This document shows, piece after piece, positions 48,784 through 60,409 of a stretch of DNA of 64,000 nucleotides. Positions within the stretch are counted from its first letter, which is position 1. Every line of letters starts with the position of its first letter. The position numbers and the translations under genes were made by a program. The notes beneath the pieces are model-generated. The model was not told where the DNA came from. It did not search any database and was given only the letters and a program-made list of their open reading frames with translations. The stretch spans positions 5,890,001 to 5,954,000 of the forward strand of contig CM102283.1 in assembly GCA_046563655.1 (NCBI GenBank), read 5' to 3'. This DNA comes from Yuukianura sp. NJ FZ-2021. Lineage: Eukaryota.

Positions 48784-51593
48784 TCTGGAAATACATAAGT
48801 TTTACTTTTAACGTAAACAAACTTTTAATTACTTCATAATAAATGGTGAATTCATAAATATTTTATAAATTAAATACTTCAAATTTTAGTTTTAAAAAAC
48901 TCACTTGTTCCCCTACGTGTTTATAGCTGCAACTTAGAAGTTTCACTGGAAATGTTACAGTAATTAGCTCTCGTAATCGGAGTCGTTATGTGTATTTCTG
49001 TATTCCGCGGAGTAGTAAATACGTGGACGTCATACAGTAGCCAAACTGGTTAGGATGCAAGTTTTCAGTTTTTCAGTAATGTTGTAGCTGTCGACTGGTA
49101 AATGTGACGAAAGAATTCCGTCGACAGAGAATTGACCAAAAGTTGTAATGAACAAGATTTTTAATATAATCTACACTACTCTGCTCAATACAAAATATTG
49201 AATGTCTCTTCTAAGCTTGCTGAAACAAACTGAAACAAAAGCGTCCAACTTTTCTAAATAAAAACTTCACATACAAGGTGATGAAACAGGTAAAGTTTTC
49301 TAGGATTCCCAAGAAAAGAAAAAAGAATGGACAGAACAAATCCTTTTAAGAAAAGTAAAACAATATGCTAGTATTCGTAAGCCTAAAATCCCAAAGGCTA
49401 GACTCAAATTTTGTTATCCAAATAACAAAAGGTAAGGAATTTAAAAATAGGGGAATTTTGAAACTTTTGTTCGCGTTTGGAAATGGTCACATTTTTTGTG
49501 GTTGGAAATGCCAAAAAAAATTGTAATTTCATAATTTTAAACTAAAAGTCCAATCTAGCGTAGGACCCTATCTAAGGTTTTGTCCAATTAGGTATAACTA
49601 TATTCCTACGTTCTGCCTAATGTTTAAATTCGTTTCGACAAAATGGTGTCGCTCTAATTCACTGTAAGTCTGGAGTCATTGAATAATAGAGTAAGACTAA
49701 TTACTTTTCAAACGAGAAAATGATGACCGGATTGATAATTTTTAATGGGAATGATGATGCACTCCTGTTTTATGTGTAAATTTTCACTTTGAGAGCAATT
49801 CATTTTTTTTCTTTTGAATTCCACATTACGACGGGTTTTAAAGAGAAAAAAAACTTCTAAAAGTTGGAATCAACTGGAATAGATTTGCAAATTTTTAAGC
49901 GAGTTGAATTGGAATTTGCAAATTACGTCATAAACCACACCTTACACGTGTTGATTGCAGTTAGGTAGCAGTGATGCTTTATATTTTTTATGCTTCATCC
50001 AGCACAGGCAGTTAGTATCCAACGCCTCGTGTCTTTCATTTCAGAAAAAAATGGCCAGAGTTATATAAAACAGCATTTTTATGTTGCGCAGGGGCATGTT
50101 TCATAATAAAGTTTGTTTTTGAATCACAAAAATTAATGGAAGAGCAAGATAATTTTGAAAATTTTCTTGTTCTTCTGTTTTACATTTTTTTTTGTGAATG
50201 AAGATCACCACGGGTTTGGTAATTTTGAAAAAGGCGCCGAAGCGTGTAGAAGTTCCATTGGCCCACGCTCTCTTATTCTTTATATTCGTCACAGTCTCTT
50301 TCCACGAACATGGCGAACAGTCTCTGTCATTTTCTGTTTTAAAATTTTCTTTTTAGTACAAAATTTGAAATTTAAAATTTAGAACACAAGGAACAAGTAG
50401 TTCATGAATGGAGTTTTCTTTGTGAATGGAATAAGAGAAAAGTGGTGTAATTTTGAAGAACCACGCGTAAAGTACGTTTTGATTGTTTTCTGGAGATTTA
50501 TGACAGTGACGTGACGGATTTCTGAAACAGATGAGGCAGGAAGAAGCTTCAACCAAATTGGTGTTCGTGCTTCAGGGAAGCGTAGGTGGTAAAACTTGCT
50601 TCTTCCAAAATTTTAAAAAAGGAGTAAAAAAAAAAACTTCAGTTTCAAAACCATTAAAAATTGGTACACGGCCAGTCCGTCGTCAGTCGTCTCACCAATT
50701 TTCGGTGTAACCGTGTCCACGATTTCAATTTTTTGTTAAAATTTTTTTTTTGGAAAAGTCAAACAAAAAAACTTTTGGTTTCCCAAAAGTACTTTTCGTG
50801 TTTTGCAACTTCTCGCACTTCATATCTGCACGACCTAAGAAAATCACTTTCATTCATTTCTGAAAAAACGGGTTTTTCGAAATTCTAAAAATAATTTCTA
50901 CAATTTCTCCGTTTAAGTTTTGATTTTTCGAAGTGTGGGGTGTCGACGCGGAAAAAAAACTAAAAGCGGTGCTTTTGAAAAGAAGTGACATGGACATTGA
51001 TCCGGATAAATGACACCCCCTTGTTGCTTTCTCTGGATCATATAGTTTCATCGACACTTTGTAAGAACGAGAGGGGCCCTTCAAAGGTGTCAAAGGGCCC
51101 CATACGAAAAGAAGTACTTTTGGAGAATAAAAGCACTTTTCAAGAAAAATTTCATAAAGTGGACTTGAATTTTTGAAAGTTTCAAAGGGACTCACTCTTC
51201 ATCAACCCTACTCAATTACGAGTGAGTTTATGCGGAAACTTAACAATCAAAAGGGACATCGAAGGGAGTAGTGAACCGCTAAGTTCAAAGTTCGTTTGTA
51301 AATCACACGTTGAGATACAAATCACTAAAAGCCTGTACCTGACAGAGGTGTTAATCTGTTTTAAAATCTACCACAGATCCCTGTAATGCCGAGTTGCCCT
51401 CAATCCAACTTCAAAGCTCAGAGTCTTTTTTTCAAAAAGAAAGAAATCTTCAAATTTCATAAATTTATTAAAAAATAAAGTTTTTCAAAGATGAAACAAT
51501 GTTGAGCTATGATTCTCTACGACCGCCGACCGGTGAGGTCTAAATAGTTTGAGATTGTCATTTTATTTACAAACTCAGCGTTGAAAAATAGTA

Positions 51594-51601
51594 TATCACA
51601 G
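51594..51601 (-). promoter_or_regulatory. K-box (cTGTGATa) miRNA target motif in the HES 3'UTR
   Basis: Minus-strand CTGTGATA about 26 nt upstream of AATAAA (51562-51567). Confidence 0.5.
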
Positions 51602-51815
51602 AAGCTGAAACGAATAAGTTGTGACTACCGTATTAGCTATAAGTAAGTAGTAATTGTAATTACAGCAACTATGGTGAAAATTATTTGCTGAAGGAACTTT
51701 GAAAGCAACGAGTTCAAGTTAGAAAGCGCACGGTATTTCAGGACGTTTTGTTAACTACCTTTGGTTTTACAAAAAAAAAATAATATTTTGGAAATTTTTT
51801 TTGTCCATTTTCATT

Positions 51816-52561
51816 TCACCAAGGTCGCCAATAGAATTCGGAGTCTTCGTCTGAAATGAGACTGTGATCTGTTGATTCTGATTGTGAGTTTTGATTGTGA
51901 TTGAACTGAGATTCTGATTTGATAATGACTGATGATTTTTTGACAATAAATACAAGATTTGCTGGGTCATGGTCATCCATTGCGATTGCATTGAAGGAAC
52001 TTGAGCTACATGACTCCAACTGCGCATCAGTTCTGCGCAAATTGTGCAGAGCTTGGAGATGCTTTACGGTCAGTTCCAAAATGTCGGCTTTCTCCAGTTT
52101 GGCTGGTCGGACGGCTGAACTACTGCTTTTGGTATATTTCTGTAAGAAGGATAAACAAGGCTTTCTTTACTCATCCATTCTTAAAAAGCGCTGTTTTTTT
52201 TTTAAATTTTTGGGAAAATTTTAGTTATGTTTTGGTGTGGTAGTAAAAATTTTACCTGTTGCTTCCCCTCAGTTCCTGTTGAATTGATTGTTGGACTCGA
52301 TTCCAGTAGAATCCGTTTCAGTTCGTTCAAACTGTCGTTGATTCTTGCTCTACGCTTTTTCTCCATCAACGGTTTCCGAATCTACCAAAGAAAAGCAAAG
52401 TTGAATTTCTAAATCATGAAAGTAATTTTTTTTTCTTCCTATTTTGATATTTCCTTCAATTCTGTTTCTTTTAAATCTAATTTTACTAAACTTGGTTTCT
52501 AGCAATTTAAGAATTCCTAAATCCTAACCTTTCTACTTTCTGAATTTTTCGTTTGCTTCAT
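51816..52561 (-). CDS. Hairy/E(spl) (HES) family bHLH repressor, ~160 aa; exons 52561-52529, 52381-52256, 52139-51816
   Basis: Spliced MKQTKNSESRK|IRKPLMEKKRRARINDSLNELK..AKLEKADILELTVKHL; ends in WRPW. Confidence 0.9.
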
Positions 52562-53946
52562 GCTTTCTCTTTAGTAGTAAATTGGCGGACGTTTGAAGCT
52601 GCGCGTGTGACAGGATTTTGGTGACTGATCCTGATCTCGTCGTAGTTTCATTCATAAATTGTGGACAGAAGCTTCCTCCAACACCTCCTCGGTAATTGGA
52701 GGCTACCCGATGCCCAAAGTGACTTTGGCTGGACATGGAAGATGCTGTCGAAGGACCCAAGTACACCTCCCTAGGATATTGTTCCCTCGTCCCTAGGTTA
52801 GGATGGATCGTGAATGGCCACTTTTTGTAGGGACGGAAGAAGATGATTTGGTCTGGACCCATTCCGTCCATGCTCCACTGATCTTCACACATAATTGACT
52901 ACCTCACATTTCCAATTCGAAACGCCTCACCGACACTCAGCTTAGACCAAACGATTGTTTTTCTCAAGTTTTTCTGAAGTAGCTTCTGCACGCATGCAGA
53001 GAGGCAGAAGACGACATAATTGGAGTCGTCTGTCATTTTCTCAGACCATAAAAAACAATTTCATAATTTTAGATTCTGGGGTTATTCCAAAACCAAAAAC
53101 TCAAAATTTTCAATTTTCTTTTTCAAAATTGTTCCATGATTTTGAAGTGTTCTTTTTGTATGGAGCTCTCACTTGAAATTGTGTAGGTGAGGTTGACCTA
53201 TACCTACGAGTTAGGTTAACAAAGGAGACTCAATTGCCTTATTTAGGCCGATGATTGATAAAAGGTCACCTTCTAAGTCCCTTTGACATTCCCTTGGATA
53301 TTGGAGGACTTCAGAGGAGAATAGCGGGGGACTTGGCAGCTGTCCCAGGCTGTACTGGAAGTTCCAAGGGTCTATTATTAAAATTAGTCAATAATTTAGG
53401 CATTGTGACTCCCTTAAAAAGGCAGTCAACTAAACGGCCAAGGGTTCATGAAATAGGAGCCCTTCAAGGGCCGACAATGACTCCAAGGCAGCCCAGTCAC
53501 TTTTCAGAAATCAATTTTTCAACAATAGACTTTGAAAATGGACAGATGAAGCGTGGGCTTTTGCAGAAGGAAAGTCTTTTAAAAACCTTTTTCAATTGGT
53601 TTTCAAATTTTCAAAACGTTTAGGAACTGAGAGCTAGTGATTTATTAGTCTTTAATTTCGGGAGTCTCAAAACACATGAAGGAATTTGCGCATGCGCTGG
53701 AAACATGTCCTCGAAATGAGGCTGAGCAGGGGAATTAGCATCTTTGAAAATACTTTTATGCTATCATGGTTTGGCATTTGTTGTTTCAGAGGTGGCATTA
53801 GGAGAATCAGTGCTAGTGGAAGGAACTACGGTAGATGTGCTGACAAACCGGACTGGTGGGACATTGGTGGGGCAGATGGAGCTAACTTTGGTGGGGCATC
53901 GATAGCCCAAAATAGCTGGAGAGCACCGATGATACTTTGATACAAC

Positions 53947-56718
53947 CTAACAAATACCATTGATGAGGAGGCAAGAATAAGGTTGTCTGGCTTCGGAACG
54001 AATTCCGCGTTTACGCATGCGTTCGTTATGACGGAGAAGTCTTGCGTAGACTAACGATATTTTTGTTTGCTTTGGAGTCGGATTAGTCCAAAGTCTTTCC
54101 GCCAGAGCAGCACTTCTTGGCCACAATTTGGCATCCATGGTATCTTCATTTACCTAAGAGGTCAAATTATAAACTTCGTTAAAAATTATTTTGTGTGTTT
54201 CAGAAAACAAGATTTTTTTTAAATGAAAACTTGAAATTTTTAGGAGATACTTTTTCACTCCACAGCGTAGCTTCAGCTCCCAGAACTTGAGGAATTTCAC
54301 CTAGTTTGGTATTGAAAACACGCTTGGTCAAATTGTAGCCATTGAAGGCAAAGTCGAATTCATAAAGCATCTTCAAGAAATTATAGAAGCAAATTAGTTA
54401 AAATAGTAAAGGTTAAATTAAAAGTGTTAAAATTGTAATTAAAACTGTGAAAACTAATTATCACCTGCCAATTGATATATTGTGTGTTGGCGGTTCTCCC
54501 AAGCCAAGAACCAGCACCCAAGTCCAGGTACATAAACTGACTATTTGACACGATCACTGGAAAATTCATGTCCAGAAGATTCTTCATCACTGGACTTTGA
54601 GAAGGCACTGAGAGCAACAAATTGACATCTTTATATAATGATTTATATAAAGTTATTATATCTTTATATTTTTTATATTATATTTTTATACCGTCTTGCC
54701 AAAACTGGATAATGTACTCTGTGGCATTGATTCCACTGTTAGTGAGATTTGGCAGAGCACTTGTTAGATCTGACGTCCACATTATGGGAATCGGTGATGT
54801 GGTAGATTTTGCAGCAGTACTTGCGGATTTCAAGGTTTCCAGAGCTAAAATAATACACAACAAAAGTAATCAATCAAAAATTACACCAAATTTTTTAAAG
54901 TGACATGTGACCTATTTTGACCTTTGACGTTTGAAACAATAGCGTAAACTACCTTTTGCTTGAAAGAAAGTCCGCAGCATAACATTGGTTGTCAAGTTGT
55001 GTTGACGCATGAACGCTGCAGTTTCGCTAGTTTTCCAGCATCTGTAGTCCACTTCATCCCCACCCATGTGGAACAGGTCAGGGTCAAACATTGCAAAAAT
55101 GTCTTTGTACAAGCCACGAAGCACTTCAAACACCTTCGGATTGGCTGGATTCAACTGTCCACACGGTGGCTAAAGAAAATAAATCAAAAGGTCAATTTCA
55201 AAGCTTCTGATTATTTTCAATTCGATGTCGCGTTATACTTGGCCACATTTTGCACTGAAAGGTTCTTCGTTGACACAGAGAGCGAGTTGACCGAATCCAT
55301 TGTCCTCGTCACCCCACTGCCACCCATTCCCCGCATGTGCAGGAGCGTCTAATTCCGGAATGACCTTGACCCCCCTCACTCGAGCGTAGTTGACAAAGTC
55401 CTTGACCTGTTGTGGAAGATATACTGCGTCCTTGGAGTATGCTCCGTAGTTGGTCATTTGGGGGAATGAGGGGCAGAAGAGCGGGAAGGAGTTGGAGTCG
55501 GTGACATGCCAGTGAAGGACGTTCAGTTTGTTAAAACTCATTCCGTCCACCATACGCTCCAGCGAACCAATCGGAATGAAGTTCCGGGCAGTGTCGATCA
55601 TCAGCCCACGGTACGGAAACGCTGGACCGTCAGTTAGTTTTACTTCTTTCAAAATCTAGTCCAGCGAAGTTAAACTCTCAATCCTTTGCTCAATTCTCGA
55701 AATTTTTGAGAAATTCTGAACCTTGAGTGAATTTCCAATTTCATCGAAAACTATAAGTTGACTGAGCGTCTCCAGTCCATGACGGACTCCAAAAAATGTT
55801 TCTCCGGAAATTGAAACTGAGACTGTACCGGGTGAGTATTCCTAAAGTTAATTTTTTTAAAAATTTTTAAGTTCAATTTAAAAATTTTCTTGATTTGAAA
55901 AATATTGTTTGAATTGAAATTTTGATGAAAAATTTTTACCCTGATGTAAATACTATAATTTTCATCAGTGAGTAACGAAAGAGTTTCTTGAGCATCTCTG
56001 ATGTTAAGGGACACAGTAACAATTCCTGTTATTGTACGATTTTTTAAAAAATTCGGCGGGAGTAACTATTTTTGCAGAAAACAAAACAATGAGTGCAAAA
56101 CCTTACATCGAAAGATTTCTTTCCGATTTTTTGGACCACCTTTTTGAGATTTTCTTTGAAAATCTTAAATGCTTCCTCAGCAATTTGTCGAACTTTGTCA
56201 TGTTTCGTCGTGATCCGAAGCAGACTAATATTTTCTTCCAGAAAATCCAGTGTTTCGTGACCAAAAACAGTTTGACCTGCAGTTGGCCTTGGTTTTGGCC
56301 AAAGTGTACGGTATGTTCCACATGTCAACCAACAAGTTTCCAGAGACTGCGTCGGCGCATCAGTCTGCGTTCTCAGCTTTCGATGACATTTTCCGTCATT
56401 TCCACAAGTCCAACTCCATGGAGATCTAAGCAGAAATTTCAGCAGGTCAATGACCTTTGACTTTCGACCGGTGACCTTTAACTTCACTCACGTGTAATTG
56501 ACAGGATACTCCCGTCTATGTCCGCTTTTTGGTCTAAAGAGGCTCAAAATGCCTTCAGTACTTTCCAAATATGGAAATGGCCTTTCCACATCTTGGAGAA
56601 GCGGAGCAATGAGACCAAAGTAGACACAGCAAAGAATAAATAAAATCAGACCAATTAAAACTTTTGTAACAAATTCTGCTTTGAGAAATCGAACGTAAAT
56701 TGTGCGAATTACGTTCAT
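53947..56718 (-). CDS. GH20 beta-N-acetylhexosaminidase, type II membrane-anchored (fused-lobes/Hexo-like), ~10 exons
   Basis: N-terminal TM; LTCG....LWPKP; YRGLMIDTARNF, LHWHVTDSNSFP, IPELDAPAH, catalytic FHMGGDEV, LWPRSAALAERLW. Confidence 0.92.
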
Positions 56719-59700
56719 GTTTTTTCAAACCACTATGCTCTACTGTACTAATAGTTTAGTTCACGTTCAACTAAAGACCACAAAATGAAGATACGCAACC
56801 AAAATTTCAAACTAAATATCGAACTAATTTAAAACATACCAGGAGATATAAGTTTCAAAAATTTGTCTTGCTCTTAATTTTGAAGCATAAGTTTATGCTG
56901 AAACGCTTCCAAAGTAAATACTGCTAGAAGAGCCCCACTCTTTTATTAGGGGTACGTCAATTGTTTATTCAACTGCAAAATTTAAATCAAATACAATTTT
57001 ACAGTTTGGCATCCGTAAAATTTAACAAACAGCGCACTCACGTAGTGGTAGAAATTCTTTTTTTGTCGATTGTCGTTGGCAATAGATGGCGCTGATGTAC
57101 TAGCTTCCAAGCTGAACACTTTTGGCCCTTAAGGGATACTTTGTCTTTAAGGCGTAAAATAGAAAGTAGATGTTATTAAAAGTCCTTTTTTACAGCCCTT
57201 TTTGTCAAATTAAATGTCAATTGTGATACATCACGTTTTTTTTTGCCGGATATTGGATTTACAGAATTTTCGAAACTTTCCATTTTGGTGTCACAAAAGT
57301 TCTTAGAGTTGCAAAAAAAAGGAAAACATGAGATTGGTTACAGTTTGAGGCTTAAAGAAACTGGAAAAACGGTTGCAGTAATTTGTACTTAAAAAAGCGT
57401 CACGAATTTTGAGACTTTTTTTTAACAAAAGGAAGTGGAAATGGGGATGAGGGAATCCCTCGAGTCAACAACAGAAAAGGAATTTTTATGCAACTTTTTC
57501 CCATCCGTTCCTTTTATAACAAAATAAATAAATTTTATATTACGATATATTTTACATTTGATCCCTCCCCTACCATTATTCTTCCAAAATCAAAACGGGA
57601 ATGCAAGGTAATGTATCTTTTTAATGGATAAAAAACTGGACAGCCACTGATCATACTATGTGAGATCACAATGTCCCTCTGTCCGTCCATTTTGAAAACA
57701 TCCTCAACTTTGCTTTGCACATACTCCACAAGGTGAAAAAAATTCTTATGTAAATAATTTAAATTTTTGTAGATTTTTCGGAAAGATTTTTTTGGAAGAC
57801 TCTAGAAAATTTTGAGTAATGCCTGAAATATTATTATGGCTTAAAAATAGGATGTTTTTGTTCTTGTGCTGTCGCTACTTTTGTGACGCGGATTTTCATA
57901 TTTTTTCTGAGAAGAGAAAAATCATCCCTGTTTTCTATTTCTTTCACGTTTTGGCCTGTTTGAAAGCAGGGGTCCTTGAGTCACCTGTTGATGAGAGAGC
58001 CCTTGGGCATGGAAGGGATCCATGGAAGATCTCTTTGAAATCAAAAGTGAGCCCTTAAGGGCTCTGGTGATCTTGAAAGCCTGTTCCAAGGGAGATTCCA
58101 GGGGATAAGTTCCCTCTCTTTTTCTAAATGGGGATCCAAATGAGCATTTTGAATTGATCAATTGAAGCTGAAGGGTAGAAATGGTTGAGTGAAGAGAGGG
58201 TAGTTAGACAACCGCATCTTTACTGATGAGGGAGAGAGATGCGAATGTGATTGTGAATATTTGGGGAGGGAGTGCCAATTGTGGTGAATGAATGAATGTG
58301 GATTGAGGGCAAGTGGACGAGGGGGTCAGTCCAAGGGATCTGTTAAAACTTAAGTAAGGGATGAAGCCGGAGGATCGAATCCCACTCCCCGCATGAAGGT
58401 TCAACGTGTAAGTGTTAGATTCCACATTCCAATGGGGACAGTTTCCAAAAGTCAACTTTGGCTGGGAATCAGTCAAAGTCCAATCTTTAGTTGACCTCCT
58501 TCTCTAACGGCCGTGCAGTATATGTAGGAATTTTTTTTTAAATGCACTAAAAGAAATACATTTAAAATTTTAAACTCCAGTTCTAAGTTCACATGGAACA
58601 AGTCTGAATAATTTTTTTCGGCATACACATCTCAAACATCGACATTGCAAAATGTCTCGTTACAAACAACAATTTTTTCTCTCTTCAATTTGTTTTCGTG
58701 TAGATGTTCAATGTTAGCAACTAGACCCTTATTATTCACATGATTTTTTCAGAATATTTCAAGCATCAAAAACACGGAAACATATGAATATGATTTTCAT
58801 TTCAATTACAAACGTGCTGATTTGAAACATTTTCTGATGTTTTGTCTAAAACTTCGAAAACTGCAACAGTATGATGCTTACAATTTTATTATTTCAAGTT
58901 CCTCTCTACGAGCTCGTGGGGTGAACCCACATTACAGTAAACTTCTACCTACTGCTTATATATGTTTGTTTTATAAGCTTGTATTGCTAAAGTGGTATTA
59001 ATCGATGAAAAACTAAGTGATGAGAAGTAAGTTTAGTGAGAATACGAGAGTGTATTGTTGTGTTTTGTGTAGTGTGAGGTGCGTAGAAGATGAATTCCAC
59101 CTGCAGATGAACCTCATCTTCAGAGATGGATTGTTGGGGGAACAGGTTGAGCCGAAGGTGGTTCTAAACCCACTTTCCCAAGCCATCCACTCCGCCAGAT
59201 ACGCTCCACCAAATCACACTAACAACTTTAACAACTGTTCCAACCTATTGCAGAAGCTACAACACTAAATCAACAGTTTCAACAAGGTAAGCCAAAAAAA
59301 AATTAGTACTTGACGTACGTTTCCAAATTCCAAAACGAAAACTAACGCCATAACTAAAATTTTCTTTATCTAAAAAAATTCTTGGTTAGTAGAATCTCAA
59401 AATAATCAAGTTTAATTTGCCCATTTTTTAATTTTGGTAGGAACTTTTTTCAAATTTAAAATTTTCGTTAAAAACAGCTCTGGGACGAAAAACTAATAAA
59501 AAAAAATTACAGATTGATGGGAACGGGGAGGGTGCAAAAACTGACAAAAATTGGGGAAAGAAAAATTGAGGAAACAATTGCCGATTGTCAATTTTTCCCC
59601 TCAAATGCAACTTGTTCCGGTGATTCAACTTGGGAAGTTGACGACACTTGAACTATGTATTTAGTATCCAATTGACCGCCGAAGTGTATCTCCTGTGTCC

Positions 59701-60409
59701 TCTTCTGGAATTTCGCCACTTGTGGAGTGTCGAGGACACTTCCGTTCCTCAATCCCCGCCAACTTCCGTTTCCAGATTAAATTTCCGTTCCCCTCCCCTG
59801 CCCACTTCCTAATTTTTATGACTTGTATAGCGTCGTTCCGTCAAGTGGTTTTTGAAAAAGAGGGGAGCAGGTCAAAACCATTTTCATTTTTTTGAAATTT
59901 TCAAACCCCAATTCATAAAATGTTAAGCAAGCTCCAATTAGTCAATCAAACCCAGCACAGAGAGGGAGACATGCAGAGGCATAAATTTTTCACAGACAAT
60001 AGATATTGCTAAAAACACAAAGGGAGTTGAGTTACTAAAAATGTAGACTAAACTTTAAGTAGACAAACAGAGGAGTGTCAAGTGTCTTGAGGAAGAAAGT
60101 GGGTATGTCTATTTTTGTATACTTGGATGAAATTCATAAAGTTAGACACCAGCTTAATTGGCAAAGTGTTGAAGAAGCATAATTGGAATTGGAAATTGAC
60201 TTGAGAGTGACCGAAAGGAATACAAACAGTTTCCAATTTCAATTTGACTTGAACAGTTGGAGGTATAAGTGCTATGCCTTGGAGCTATTTAGAATTCAAA
60301 ATCAATTGTTCACTTTGAATTGTTTTTTAGGAAGGCCGTAGGGGAGCTGACGAATTGTGATGACTTGACCCCACCCGTGTGGAGTAATAGCACGTAAAGG
60401 TCAAAGGAA

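Noticed and set aside
52533-52892. 119-aa ORF as the first exon of the HES gene
   Set aside because: It ends in TAG with no in-phase donor; the 11-codon exon in another frame splices correctly and restores the basic region. Could at most be an overlapping uORF
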